DNA of 64,000 nt, from assembly GCF_036321535.1 (NCBI RefSeq), contig NC_087438.1, positions 10,666,001-10,730,000 of the forward strand. Direction: 5' to 3'. A model generated the notes under the pieces. That model saw only the letters and a list, made by a program, of their open reading frames with translations. It was not told where the DNA came from and searched no databases. This stretch comes from Camelus dromedarius (Eukaryota). This document shows, one piece after another, positions 26,576-39,709 of the stretch. Both the position numbers and the translations under genes were made by a program. Each line of letters begins with the position of its first letter. Positions within the stretch are counted from its first letter, which is position 1.

Positions 26576-28519
26576 GCGTGCCCAGCCAGGTCCCCTGTTC
26601 TCTCCACATCTTGGGGCGAGGCCTTCTTGGGCTGGGGCACAGCTACACCCACCATGGGGCCATGCTCCTGCAGAGGGACCCCACCAGGGTCCCTCTTTCT
26701 CTAGAGGAAGGGTGGCTTGGCCCAGGGAGATAAACATCCACGGAACCAAGGGGCCAGGTGATGGGGAGAGCTGGGAAAGACCAGCTGGCTGGCTCCTGGA
26801 GACCCTGAGTGCTCCTTGTCCCATGGAGAGTCGAATTCCGGGGTGGCCCCTTTCTATCAGGGAGCTGGCCTGGTAGGGCTGAGTCCTTGGACCCACTACC
26901 TTGTTGCCAGGAGATGAGAACGCAGGAAGGCACCCAGAGGTGTTCGTGGGGCAGTCCTTCTTTGTCTGCACAGCTGAAAATGGGCGACAGAGGATTTTAG
27001 GTCTCTGATTCCAAAGCCAGTTCTCCCAACGACTGTTCTCTTCTGCTCCTTCCAGCTCGATCACATCCATGCAGGGTTTGAGCCAGGGTGGCTGCTGGAG
27101 GTAGACGGATCTAGGGACTGCTGGTGAAGCAGCCTCCGGCTGGACTGAGGTAGGGCAGCAAGCAGGCAGGGCCGGGTCCTGGCAGGTCAGGAATGGGGAC
27201 ACACCAGGGTGTGGTCCCTGTGGCCGAGGGAAAGACTGCAACATCAGGGTAGCTGAGTGGCCTGGCAGTGGCTGGGGCGGTTCACAGAGAGACTTGGTTC
27301 GGGTGGAGGTGAACTGCTCAGTTGTTTGTTTTTTGGTGAATTGCCCCACCCAAGAATGTTCCAGTCCTGTCTTAAAGGGTTTGCCCCTCCAGAGAGGGTC
27401 TGGTTTTCCTGAGTCAGTGATTTTGTCTCCTTCTGTCTAAGAATCCTGCCAGCTTGTCTCCAAAAGAGTGTTTTGCTCAGTGGAAGGATCGGGGCTCTGG
27501 TGGCTCTGGACCTAGACAGAGTCCTCTTGGCCTTGGGGTTAGTAATTTTCCAGGTCCCTCCAGAGCTGGGGCCACAGGTGGGCATTTGACCTGAACCTGA
27601 CACTCTAATGAATCCCATCAGCTGTAGGCGCCGGGCATCCCTGACAGGCCTCATCTCAGGTGGCTTGGCTGCCCACCAGACCAGGGGAGCCGCTTACCTG
27701 AGGCCCCATCCCAGCGGGAAAGAAAAGCATCTTGTCCTTGCCCCAGTGGTTCTCAAGGACCCTGCGAAGCCCCTTTAAGGCGTGTTTACCATGATGTGCT
27801 GTGTGTGTGGTCCCCTCTACCAGGCGTGTCTGTGCAGAACATGTGGCCAAAAGCTCCAAAAAATGTGTAGACCAATAACAAGTTAGATTTGATGTAGATC
27901 TGTTGTATAAGTTTCCAGTGCAAACTATGGGGTGAGTTCATTTGGTTTGCATTTCCCAGGGTTTACCTAACTATTCCCCCACAAAATTCTATATATTGAA
28001 GTTTGTACACCCTTCAAAATAACACAATAGTCATTAAAAGTAAGATTGGTTGTGTTTTCTGAACCCCAGATACTATTATTGGTTGCTTTTCAAAGTTACT
28101 TTGGGGGGTATAACTTGAAGGTGAAAATATTTATGTTTCAGCTGGTATATGAAAAAGACGGGACGCAGTGCAACCTGGGCATTCGACAGATGTGCTTGAA
28201 GACAGTTTTGTCCAGCCATCCTCCTTATCTGTGTATCTGGCAGAACCAAACTTGGTGACAATAAAAAAGGGTTGCCATTGACTTCTTTCTTGCCACGGCG
28301 ATCTCCATTATCATCTTCTGACTGTTCTGAGGTTCCCGTGGAGAGGTTTGGGCAGGACAGGAGGAGGTCTGAAAAGTCGAAGGGCCAGGAGGAAATGCGG
28401 GTTGTGTAAAGCACCCAGGCAAATAATAATTAAGAATAAAACAAACAAGCGCAGCAGTGGGTGATATTTAGGAATTGTTTACTGTGCACCACGCTGGGCT
28501 CAGTGCTTTAGCTGTAGAA

Positions 28520-29640
28520 CCTCATTCATTGATTAATTCATGCGTTCACTCATTCTTTCCTTTATTCAGTTGTTCAACAGTTTCTAATGTGTCAGGCAGC
28601 ATCCTAGGAGCCAAGGATACAGCAATGAATGCAATGAGGTTCTTCCTGTCCTAGAGCTTACGTTCTGGTAGGGAGACAGCCAACAAACACATCCATAATG
28701 CAAAGTAGATTAGTCCTAAGAAGAAAAAAATCTGAGCACAGGATAGAGGTGGACAGAGGGTGGCCAGGGAAGTCACTCTGTTGAGTAAATGTCTGCTTCC
28801 CAGGCAGAGGGAACAGCAGAACCCTGAGCCCGGGGAAGGGCTTGGCATGTTGAGGGAGGGAGGAGGGGGGAGATTTGTTGGGGATGAAGTCAGTGGGGTA
28901 GTTAGGGATTCGAGTGGAAAGGGGAAGCCCTTGGAGATGATTGACCAGGGACATGTTTTGATGTAGGTTTCAAAGGAATTGCATTGCTTTTTTAGTGGAG
29001 AAAGGGCTGGGTTGGGGGGAATGGTGGAAGCAGAGAGGCCAGATAGGAAGCTACTGCAATTATCTAGGAGGGAGAAGATGATGGCTTGCAGACATGACGT
29101 AACTTGGAGGAGATGAAAAGTGGTGGATTCTGGAAATGCTCTGAAGTTATGGAGGAAATATTTGCTGATGGATTGGGATGTGCAGTGAGAACAAGAGAGG
29201 AGGCAGGTTTTGACTTGAGCCCAAACTAGCAGGACCATTTACTGACAGGGGCAGCATGGGAGACAGAGCAGCTCTGGAGATGCAGATCAAGAGTTTGGTG
29301 TGGACGTGCCACCTTTGTAATGCTTCTTACACATCAGGTGGAGATGTCAGAGAGAGCTGAGTAGCTAAATTAGTCTGGAGCTCAGAGGGGAGGCTGGACA
29401 CTTGGATTCAGGTATCAGCAAAACACTGCTGTGTGAAAGTCAGGATCCCAGATGAGGCCATCAAAGGAGGGAGGAGGTAAGAGATCCAAAGTACTCCAAC
29501 ATTTTGCTGTGAAAGGGACACATGCTGAGGTGAGTTCAGAAAGGTAGGAGTTGACAGTCAATCAAGAAAGACCAACTATGTCAAGTGCATGAGTAAGTTG
29601 AGTGAGATGGAAAGAGAAGTGATCACAGGGTTTAGAAACT
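28520..29640 (-). mobile_element. L2 LINE (about 1.1 kb) inserted in a MIR
   Basis: (CATT)n 3' end at about 28520-28580 and a typical purine-rich L2 body. MIR halves lie at about 28455-28520 and 29645-29790. Confidence 0.85.
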
Positions 29641-29644
29641 TTTA

Positions 29645-29790
29645 TTTCATTCATCTCAAAACTTCAGGCTCTGGGCACTGTTATTATTCACACTTTCCAA
29701 ATGAGGAAGCCAAGACTCAGAGAGGCTTAGTAACTTGCCGGGGCTCACACAGTCAGGATGGAGTCCGGGTTTCCACCTGCTAAACTCAGA
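29645..29790 (-). mobile_element. MIR SINE (core)
   Basis: AAATGAGGAAGCCAAGACTCAGAGAGGCTTAGTAACTTGCC. Confidence 0.85.
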
Positions 29791-30590
29791 GGCTCCCTCG
29801 GGCTACCCTGGAGACATACGTTCCCTTCCCTACTTCCAATTTGTGAGTCCTGGGCTTTTTACCCCACCTCCCATGTAAACAGTGTTCCAGGCAAGAAGCT
29901 TTTCTTAACGCCATTTGGAGGGTGACAGATTCAATCATGCAATCGGCATCTTCAGAGAGAATGACTCAAAATGAGGACAGAGAGAGGATAATGTAGAGCA
30001 TTTAGGAGAAGCCTGTCTTGCTAAGTAATCTTCGGTTTGGGCTCATGATTGCTTTTGAAATTTCTTATTAGCGTGAGAGAGAGAAGGGAAAAAGGCTCAA
30101 AATAGAAAGTGTTTGTACCAGGAAAAAAAAAACAACAACAACATAATAGGGGGCTTGCAGGCTTTACTGACAGATTGCAGGCTACAAAACAGATTTGTGG
30201 GTGAAATCTAGGCTCTTTGTGTTTGTTCTTTTTTCATTTCCCCTCTTTTATGCTTACTGCCCATTTAAGAAAATTTAATTGAGATACTATAGAAATAGTA
30301 TTAAGTAATCCTCATCCCTAAATGAGGTTATCTATTGACTGCAGAATATTTTGTGGGAAAAGGCATTTTCGTCTTTTGAGAAAAAAAAGTAGCTGATGTA
30401 CTGGCCTATTTTTATATATTATTTTTTTTCTGACTGTGTATTCTTAAAAATCAGTAATAGTCTGAGCCTCGATTTTCAAATTTGGGATTCCCAATCTAAA
30501 ATTGAATGGATTTAGAGTAGGTGAGTTTTACAGCCTCTAAGCAGTGATAGTTGGTGGGTCATAATTACAAAACAAAGGTCCTGAGTTTCA

Positions 30591-31197
30591 GTGTGAATGA
30601 ATTACTGAGGGCCGCCATAACAAATTACCACCAACTGAGGGCTTAAAACAATGGGAATTGATTGTCTCGCAGTCTGGAGGCCTGAAGTCAGATATCCGGG
30701 TGTTGTTACACTGTGCAGTAGGGGAGAGCCTTCCCTGTCCCTTCCAGCTCCCGGGGGCTGTCGGCCTTCCTGTCATAAATCTTGTCTCTGCCTTTGTCTC
30801 CACATGGCTTCTCCCCTGAGTTTCCTGTGTCTCCAATCTCCTTCCGACTTTTTTTCTGATAAGGACACTTTCCCTGGATTTAGGGCCCACCTTAAATCCA
30901 GGATGATCTCATCCTGTGATCTTTTTTTTTTTTTCCGTTTTGTTTTGGGGGGGGGGGGAGCAATTAGGTTTATTTATTTGTTCACTTTTTAGAGGCAGCA
31001 CTGGGGATTAAACCCAGAACCTCCTGCATGCTAAGCATGGGCTCTACCACTTCGAGCTATACCCGCCCCCTCATCTTGTGATCTTTAATTTAATTACACT
31101 TGCAAAGACTCATGTCTCCAAATAAGGTCATAGTCACAGGTTCAGGGATTTAGGATTTGGACATACTTTTTTGGAAGCCACTATTCAACCCTCTACA
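30591..31197 (-). mobile_element. MLT1-type MaLR LTR interrupted by a SINE
   Basis: GCCATAACAAATTACCAC...GGCTTAAAACAA and CCAAATAAGGTCA motifs, ends CTCTACA. Confidence 0.88.
30922..31070 (-). mobile_element. Vic-1-type tRNA-derived SINE
   Basis: tRNA-like head, T-rich tail on the plus strand, 16-bp TSD TCATC(C/T)TGTGATCTTT at 30909-30924 and 31071-31086. Confidence 0.9.
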
Positions 31198-31384
31198 TGG
31201 TGTTACACCCTAAAGTGGTGGGAAGGAATCAGAGGCCTAGGGTGGAGTCTTCCCTCTGATGTAAGTTTGTGACACCACCACGTTTAAGAGAAGAGAACAA
31301 ATGTGTGGAAAAGTTTGCAGAAATCCTTGAGAAGGGAGGAGATGGCCGGCTTTGCAGTCCCTCCTTGCAGGCATCTAAATTCGT

Positions 31385-31580
31385 CAGAAGAGAATGTGCC
31401 CTGGATCAGACCTACCTGGGCTGAAATTCATTCCTGCCACTTGCGGGCCATGTGACCTTGGCAATTTATTTTGCTTGGCCTCAGTCTCTTCATTTGTGAA
31501 ATGCAAGTTGTAATGCTGATGTTGGAGTGTCCCTGGGGAGATCAAAACACGTGTCAAGTGTGAAGTCCCCAGCACAAGCT
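31385..31580 (+). mobile_element. MIR SINE
   Basis: TGTGACCTTGGCAA...GGCCTCAGTCTCTTCATTTGTGAAATG core. Confidence 0.85.
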
Positions 31581-32113
31581 GAGAAGATCCTCTCCGTGCT
31601 GTGCTGGGGGCCCATATGCCCCTCCGGATGCACTCAGCATCCTGTCTGTACCCTTGGAGCCCCGAGCTATGGGGCTGGTGGGAGCCCTGGTCTGGCCCCT
31701 CGTATCTTGCCTCTGCCTGCTGGTCTGTTCAGGGCCCAGTCCTCCAGCTGAACAGCCTGGGCCTTCCTGGGCAGTGCCCTGTTCCCATCCCTCTCCTCAG
31801 CCCCATACCTAGACATTCTAGCCATCTGGCTCTCCATCTTTAGAAGTGTATGCTCTCCAAGCGCCTCAGAGAATGCCCATTTGAACAGAACTCGTTAAAA
31901 GAAAAAGCCTGCAACTCTTTTGCTCAAATGAAAGGGGTATTCCTTTCATGGATTTGTGGTTTTATTATCAACAGTTGCCTAGCGTCAGCTAGGTGTGGCC
32001 GGAAAAAGCATATTTACGAACAGGAATTTTTATTGCAATCTGAAAATCATCTGCTAAAGGCACTTGCCTACTTGCCCTCAGGTAGGGGCTCTGTTGTTGA
32101 TTGCTGCTGCTGC

Positions 32114-32290
32114 TTTTTTTGTAGCCTTTATTTTATTTTATTTTTTCCTGGGGGGAGGGGATAATTAAATTTATGTATGTACGTATGTGTGTACGTACGT
32201 ATGTATGTATTTAGATGAAGGTGCTGGGGATTGAACCCAGGACACGTGCTCTACCTAAGCACACACTCTACCACTGCTATACCTTCCCTA
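32114..32290 (-). mobile_element. Vic-1-type tRNA-derived SINE with (TATG/TACG)n in the tail
   Basis: GGTGCTGGGGATTGAACCCAGGAC...CTCTACCACTGCTATACC. Confidence 0.85.
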
Positions 32291-32409
32291 CTTCGATTGC
32301 TTCTAAACTTTCTCTAGAGAAGTTATTCGCAGGCTTTGGGATTTCACAGAAATCTAAATAAATAGGATTCCAGCTCAGCATGGTCAGTCTATTTTGCTAA
32401 GTAAGAATG

Positions 32410-32452
32410 TTAATAATAATAATAAAATAATAATAATAATAATAGTAATAAT
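32410..32452. repeat. (AAT)n microsatellite
   Basis: Seen directly. Confidence 0.9.
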
Positions 32453-32759
32453 TACTGATTATTCTTTCCATTATCTTGTGAAAGGAAGGTCACTTGAATA
32501 TCAGAAAGGAATGGACATGTTCTCTTCGTGAAGGCAGTTCTTTAATGAAATAAATTGAATTTTGTGTTCCTATTTTCCTCCCATCAAAGACTGGCAAATC
32601 TTTGATCCTGAGCTGGCGCTGGCCTGGGGACCAGGCCTCGGGAGTCATCACTCTGGATGTCGACACGTCCGGCCAACGCTATGATTAGCCACCTACACTT
32701 TGCAGGTCGTGGTAAACATAAAGGTCACTGGGGGTGCATTTATTCATTCAGTCATTCCC

Positions 32760-32945
32760 AAGCGGTTAGAAAGAACTTGGACTGTCAAGCCAGACATACC
32801 TTCATTCAAGGCCCAGCTCCGCCACCTGCCAACTGGCTAACCTTACATATGCCTCTTACCCTTTCTAAGCTTCCATTGCCACATCTACAAGAGGAAGAGG
32901 ACAGAAATTCACTGAGTTCTTAAGAGGATTAAATGAGGATTAGCG
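32760..32945 (+). mobile_element. MIR SINE
   Basis: GGTTAGAAAG...TTCAAGGCCCAGCTCCGCCAC...AGGATTAAATGAG. Confidence 0.75.
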
Positions 32946-33594
32946 AAGGGTCTTTGTTTCAACAAGCTAGAACTCTGTATGGACAACAGTTGCTAGAGCT
33001 GGGGTTGTGTATTAACACACCAGACATTGCTCAAGACCCCTGAGACACAGAGTCAGAAGTCGCCATCTTTTCCTTCAAGGAGCTCACAGTCTTAAGGAGA
33101 AGACCCAAAAAGGATGGCCAGATACAGTGAAACCAGTGCTAGAATGGAGACAGAGCTTGGACGCCTTGTAGAGGACAAAGAAAATAGAAGAAAAGGAGGT
33201 GAGGTCAGAGCAAAATCTTAAGGAATATACAATTAAAAGAAAAGAAAAGATACAAAGAATCATTAGGCTCTCAGATGAGAACTGGACTGACGTGTAGTGC
33301 GATACCTGAAATGTGGAGATTAAATCTGGTGGACAGAAGCCTCCGGGTCAGCATGTTTATGGTTGAAGAAATGGTTCTCATCAAAGCAGTAATTTCCCTC
33401 TGCCTTACTGCCTCCATTCTGTTTGGGTTGCCCTAAGAACATTCTTCTCCATAAATTCTGACCCAAAGAAGATGAGTTTTCAGTGAAAAAAGGAAAGAGA
33501 AATTACAGCTGATAATTTTGGGGAAATCCTGAGCGTAGATCTTTGGAGAAGTCCAGAGTGCTTGAGTGACTGAATTCCAGGATGTTATCTTGCC

Positions 33595-33765
33595 CCTTGC
33601 TACTCAAAGTGAGGTCCTCTACCCAGCGTTATCTGCGTCACCTGGGAACTTGCTAGAAATGCAGAATTTTGGGCCCCAGCCAAGAGCTGCTAAATGACAC
33701 ACTGTATTTCCACAAGCTCCCCAGTGGATGGGTAACTACATTTCAGGTTTGAGAAGCAGTACCCT
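33595..33765. mobile_element. MER5A-type hAT MITE
   Basis: GCTACTCAAAGTG...CACCTGGGAACTTGCTAGAAATGCAGAAT...GTTTGAGAAGCAGT. Confidence 0.85.
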
Positions 33766-33771
33766 GGCCTA

Positions 33772-34105
33772 ATTTTTTTTTTTCAGTTGAAGTACAGTCA
33801 GTTACAATGTGTCAATTTCTGGTGTACAGCACAATGTTCCAGTCTTGCATATATATATACATATATTTGTTTTTCATATTCTTTTTCATTAAAGGTTATT
33901 ACAAGATACTGAATATAGTTCCCTGTGCTATACAGATGAAATTTTTTAAAATCTATTTTTACATATAATGGCTAACATTTGCAAATCTCAAACTCCCAAA
34001 TTTATCCCTCCTCACCCCGTTTCCCCCAGTAACCATAAGATCATTTTCTGTGTCTGCGAGTCTGCTTCTGTTTTGTAGATGAGTTCATTAGTGTCCTCTT
34101 TTTCC
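33772..34105 (-). mobile_element. Lineage L1 3' end
   Basis: Poly(T), then TTGAAGTACAGTCAGTTACAATG...AATATAGTTCCCTGTGCTATACAG. Confidence 0.9.
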
Positions 34106-36209
34106 CTTGGTGAACAGAAGACACCACTGGACTGGAAGTGACCAGCATCGAAACCTTCTTACTGACTTGGATTGATGTTTACCTTCATTTCTCACGTCCA
34201 CGAATTAAAGAATAATAGTTGTGGAAGAGAGTGCAGGGCTTCCCCAGAGGCATGTGACTTATAACTGCATGATTATGTTACTTACGTAACACACTGAAGC
34301 TTAATAAAATTTACTTGCATTTATGCCCATGATCTCATTTATATTCCCAAATAACCTGTAACTCTGTTGTATTTTTTGTTTGGGGGTTTTGTTTGTTTGT
34401 CTGTTTCCCAGACAAAAACCAGAGCTCAGAGGCATCAGATGGCTTGCTGGTTTTACACTCAGCTCCAAGTCCAGGGCTCCTTCCTGAAGCCGAGCAGCCC
34501 ATCACCTGTCACAGTTGAGAGGATGGTCCCCCCAGGACCTGGGCCAGTCCCAGGGCCCATCATTTCCATTCCCACCACCAGCAGCGCCGTTCGGTCCACG
34601 GCTTCTGAGCTAGCAGCCAAGACAACTATCTGCTGCTTTCAGTTCGTGGGCAGCTGCTCCAGGTCCTCCAATTAGCTAGCTCGGAAGCATCTGAACCAGT
34701 CACCTAGTCCTGGGGGCCAGGACTACTGATTCATCTTTTTATTCTTCACAAGCCTGTCTGGAGCATTATAGAGCTGAACTGAGTAGGTAAGACCGAATAC
34801 CAGGTGTTCCTAACAAGAAGATGAGAAAATCTCCCATGACCTCTGGAGCACTGAGTGAATCAGAATTATCTTGTGGGAACAGAGGCTAGAGAAAGCAAGT
34901 CTTAAATAATGGGCATATCTGGAATAATCTTGAACAAGCAAGTACGTGGAGAGAAGATAACAGAATGGGGAGGTCGGAGTTTACTTGTTCATCTATCTAC
35001 CTCGAAGTGAAATTCCAAATCAAAACAAGCACAGCCAACAAAACTCCTACAAAATGATCAGAAATGGGCCAGTTTCTTACAGTTTCTCTAATTCAGAAAG
35101 AAGAGTCATGCAGGATCTCTTTCTCACTGTGTTCATATCACCGTCTGGTGATGAGAATGACTGACAGGATAAATACAGTTAATTGCCATCCTCTCCTTAT
35201 CCAAGCTTCACAGCATTCAGCCCTATCTGACAACTGATCTGGTACCCACGACTACCAAAAAATTATCTGTGTGTAAAGCAGTAGATCACAAAGTGTAGAC
35301 ACAGTTAGGCATGCACCACGACTCCAGAAAGGGCTTGGTGTGCGGCAGACCTCGTTTTTATTGTCCCCTCCATGAGTCATGAATCGCAGCACCTAATAAA
35401 CTCTTGACACACTTTCCAGGCAAGCAGAATTCACCTTCGAGATAATAAAACTATACCTCATTGCTAAGTAGCTCAAAAGTTAAAAAGCCACCTTTACAAG
35501 ATAACAACCATTAAGGCAGCATCAGAAGGACTGCGTGTGATTAGAACAACAGGGTTATCCTGCTGTGGCATGTGGCTTTATTATGTCTGTCGTATAACTG
35601 CTTTTTTCTTCCGATCCAGCTCTTGTTGAAATTAGTAGTGATCAAGAATCAAACCTGATAGCATTTCACACCCATACATTTTTCAATAATTATAAGGAGA
35701 AAAGGACTTCTGGCTAGCAAAGGAGAGAATGGTTCAGGAATATTCCTTCACCATGAGAGACCTGACCCTAAAATTGAGCCTAAATTTACATGGTGTCTTT
35801 ATTCATTTGTGGGCGAGGATAAGATTGAAGTGTTCATAGAGATCCATCTATGGATCTCTCCCTTGAATAAACCAAGTAAATACTCTCAGTGTCTGTCTCC
35901 CAGGAAAATGCAGGAGATCTGGCAATGTGATGACAAGTAAGACGGAGCCTCTGTTCTTAGGGTGCTTACAATCTAGATGGGATGTAAGATGCTTACGTGC
36001 ATAATTCTAACAGTAGGTAGAAAATGATGATGTGCCGGAGAGAGACACAGAAGTGAGAAAGGGCAGTTTCTCTGAGCTGGGGTATGGAGGCAGCTTCATG
36101 GAATGTGTGCCCTCTGCACTGAGCCTTTGGGGATGTGGTCTAGGAAGAGGACTGGAAAACATGTGCTATCTCAGAAATTAAGATTAGGGCACCTCAAGAT
36201 GTAGAGGGG

Positions 36210-36836
36210 GTACTCCTGGGCATATACCCAAAGAAAACAATAATTTGAAAAGACGCAGGCACCCCAGTGTTCATAGCAGCACTATTTATAATTGCCAGGA
36301 AATGGAAGCGACCTAAAGGTCCATCAACAGATAATTGGGGACACACACACACACACACACACAATGGAATACTACTCAGCCATAAAAAACAATGAAATAA
36401 CACCATTTGTAGCAACATGGATGGACCTAGAGATTATCATATTAAGTGAAGTAAGTCAGACAGAGAAAGACAAATATTATTTAATATCACTTAGATGTGG
36501 AATCAAAAAAAAAAAAAGATACAAATTTTATTTCAAACCAGAAATAGACTCACAGACATAGAAAACAAACTATGGTTACCAAAGGGGAAAGGAGGGGATG
36601 GATAAATTAGGAGTTGGGATTAGCAGATACAAACTACTATATATAAAACACGTAAACAAAAAGGACCTACTTACTGCATAGCACAGGGAACTATAATTTC
36701 TTGTAAGCAGCTGTAGTGGAAAAGAAACTGAAAAAATATGTATGTATGTAAATGTGTAACTGAATTGCTTTGCTGTACACCTGAAGCTAAATTGTAAATC
36801 AACTACACTTCAGTAAAGAATTTCATTTTTAAAAAA
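36210..36836 (+). mobile_element. 5'-truncated L1 (ORF2 C-terminal remnant plus 3'UTR)
   Basis: Translation MEYYSAIKNNEITPFVATWMDLEIIILSEVSQ matches the L1 ORF2 C-terminus. TSD ATGTAGAGGGG at 36199-36209 and 36837-36847. Confidence 0.93.
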
Positions 36837-37577
36837 ATGTAGAGGGGTGCATTCCTGGAAAATGAAACAGCATGCGTATGAGAGCCCAGGCTTTTTCCAT
36901 GGGGGTCACGTGGGCAGGTGGGACGTAGGGCTCCTAGTGGTGAACCCTGGAGAGTTAGGTTGGAAGACCGCATGGGCCTAGGTGGTGGGACCTTCAAAAA
37001 CCAGACTGAGAGTTTTTATTCTGTATGTGATTATTGCAGACAGATATGGTTATTGGCTTCTCCAGCAGATACAGCTGACTCCCCTTTTCTTCTTTGCTAA
37101 CAGAGCCACAATGATCATAAACTCCCCATTTTATAGGCCATCAACGTCTGTAAAATGGTTTTGTAGGTGTTTGACCAGAAGAATAGCGCTTGAGCTGGTC
37201 AATCCTTTGTATGGAAAACCCTGGTGAGAGGGAGGAGGGTGGGGGGTAGGGAGAAGGGAGAGAAGCTTGAGCCAGCCAAAAAGACAAAAATGAAGGCCAG
37301 GAAGCACAGTAGCAGTAAGACACTCTGGAGAACCTTCTAGAATATAAAAGCATCTGACAATCACTTTACAAAATACCGGAAAGGCAATCACTTCCTAACC
37401 ACTGCAGCATGATAAGAGCACACTTATTTTGACTTGATTCATTCTAAAGGACAACTTAGTTCCAGCACGGAGCTGTAAGATCTGTCCTAACCAAGGTAAG
37501 CGGCCACCCGGAAACTCTTGCCCCATGCTTTGATCTCTGCTGTTGGCAGTATTAGTAATTGTCAGTCATAAATGGAC

Positions 37578-38255
37578 TGTGGGGTGTTGACCTGCATACC
37601 TACCAAAAGATATGCTCCACGCCCCTGGGACCTGTGAATATGGACGGCATTATTTGGAAATAGGGTCATTGCAGATGTAATTAAGTTAAGATGAAGTTTA
37701 AGAAAGTAGATGCTAGGAATTCATATTACAAGGGAAAAAAACTTGCTTGTTTGTTTTTTTCTTTATCTGTATTAGATCATGGTTGTTAACTAAACTTATT
37801 GTGGTCTTTATTTCACAATATTTGTTAATCATCTTGCTGTGCATTTTAAGCTTATACAGTACTATATGCAATGTATATTTCAAGAAAAAGTTAAGATGAG
37901 GTCACAATGGATTAGCGTGGGTCTTAAATCCAGCGACTGGTGTCCTAAGAGGAAGGGGACATTTGGATCCAGAAACAGAGGAGACACACAGGGAAGAGGC
38001 AGAGGCCAGCGGAGGCAAAGACTGGCATTATTCTGGCATTATTCTGCCACAAGCCAAGGCACGCCAAGAACTGCCCCAACCGTCAGAAATAGGACGTGCG
38101 AGGTGATACTCTTTCGTAGAGACTTCCAAGGAAGCGTGGTCCTGCTGACCCCTTGATTCTGGACTTCTAGCAGCCATGCCTTTGAGAGAATGGATTTCTG
38201 TTGTTTTAAGTCATTCAGTTTGTCGTGTCTTGTTACAGCAGTCCTAGGAAACACA
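37578..38255 (+). mobile_element. MLT1-type MaLR LTR with a nested L1 3' fragment (37695-37887)
   Basis: TTATTTGGAAATAGGGTCATTGCAGATGTAATTAAGTTAAGATGA. The nested insert has TSD AAGTTAAGATGA at 37683-37694 and 37888-37899. Confidence 0.88.
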
Positions 38256-38269
38256 CCTAGACCAGTCGC

Positions 38270-38725
38270 TGCGATGAAAAGATGAAGATGGTCAATGAGA
38301 AGCAAACTACATGTTGTTTATAAGCGACACACTTTAAATAAAATGACAAAGATAGGCTGAATGTGAAACGAAAAAAAAAGGAGAAAAAAATACCACGCAA
38401 ATCTTAGCCAAAAGAGGCCGTCGTGGCTATTTTAGTATCAAACCACTAACCTAAGGTCTACTGCAGGAAAAGAGGGACAGCTCTCCGATAACGCAGGCTA
38501 TTCAACAGAAGCACATAATGATATTAAATTGTATACATTGAATAACTTGGCTTTAAACTCTATGAAGCAAATGCTAGCAGAACTAAAAGGAGAAATACCA
38601 ATCCATGGTAGAGTTACAGATGCCAACAGCACACGTCTCTCAGTAACAGATAGAATAAGCAGGAAAAAAAATCAGTGTGTATAAAAAAATATTTGAGCAG
38701 TACAATTTACCAACTTGACTTGAGA
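38270..38725 (+). mobile_element. Degenerate L1 ORF2 endonuclease-domain fragment
   Basis: Disrupted match to the L1 EN motif series (CCLQETH..RLKVKG.KKIYHAN..KKAGVAIL). Confidence 0.75.
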
Positions 38726-39244
38726 CATGAGCCCAACGAGGGCAGAAATTCACTCCACACCACCGACAGATAGGTCTCTGGCATGTGGTGTCTTCCCAAG
38801 TGTTGGCTGGATTTTGATTTATTTACGGTCGGCAAGTTTCCTTCTTGAAACAGTTACACATACATTCTGTGAAGACACAGGGGGTATAGCTTGCAGCTTT
38901 ATTACTTTATTCCCACCCTCTCTCCAGTGCTTTGGCAGAAGGACATTAGTGCCAGAAGAGGAAGAAAGGGATCAGGAGACTTAAAATTTGAGTGACTCAA
39001 GAAATATATAAATGATGACAAGACCAGAATTATAAAAACAAAGATTTATTGGCAGGGTGGTGGTTAGGAAGCCATAGCAGTGTGAGCACAGGAGCCAGTG
39101 TGGGTGACGACCGTGGACAGGAGTCAGAGTCCAGACTCTGGGGAGTGGGACCGCCTTGTGTCTCTCCCTTGCAGCTGGTGAGAGGTGAGGCTGTAAAAAG
39201 GGAAATGAGATAAGGAGTGGACTAGTGGAAAATTACTGAGGCCT

Positions 39245-39410
39245 TTGAACAGACGTTAAGAGTGTGGACTTTGGAGTCACGTTGTCTGATTTTGGGTCCA
39301 GCTCCCCCTCTTACTAGCTGTGTGACCTCAGGCAAGCGACTTAAACTCTCTGTGCCTCATTTCCTGAAATTAAAAATCCTGAGGATTAAACAAGTTGATA
39401 AGATTCATGT
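39245..39410 (+). mobile_element. MIR SINE
   Basis: TTACTAGCTGTGTGACCTCAGGCAAGCGACTTAAACTCTCTGTGCCTCATTTCC. Confidence 0.88.
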
Positions 39411-39709
39411 CTGCTACTTCTGGGAAGAGGTACGTCTGGCATCTAGTTGTAGATGTCCAAGCAGTTGAAGTATTGGTACAAAGTTACGGGGCAGGACAGA
39501 GGGTGCCTGGGTAGGGACCACTGGGCCCTCAGATAGTCTTCATATCATCAGAGAGAGCTCCAAGATGCTGGCCTCTGGAGGGTCCTGGGGCAATGAGTGA
39601 GAAACCCGAGTCTGGGATGCAGAAGCACTCCCTTCACTAGACTTAGCAGTATTCTCTATCACCTGCCTCCATCCTTGAAATGTAAAGACCTTTTCCTGAT
39701 TATCAAGGC

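Noticed and set aside
28651..29238. 195-aa minus-strand ORF
   Set aside because: Lies entirely within the decayed L2 element.
35838..35859. Perfect 10-bp inverted repeat AGAGATCCAT-CT-ATGGATCTCT
   Set aside because: One such short palindrome in 64 kb is not unexpected by chance, and there is no supporting context.
36292..36561. 89-aa ORF with a recognisable protein motif
   Set aside because: L1 ORF2 C-terminal remnant in a truncated element.
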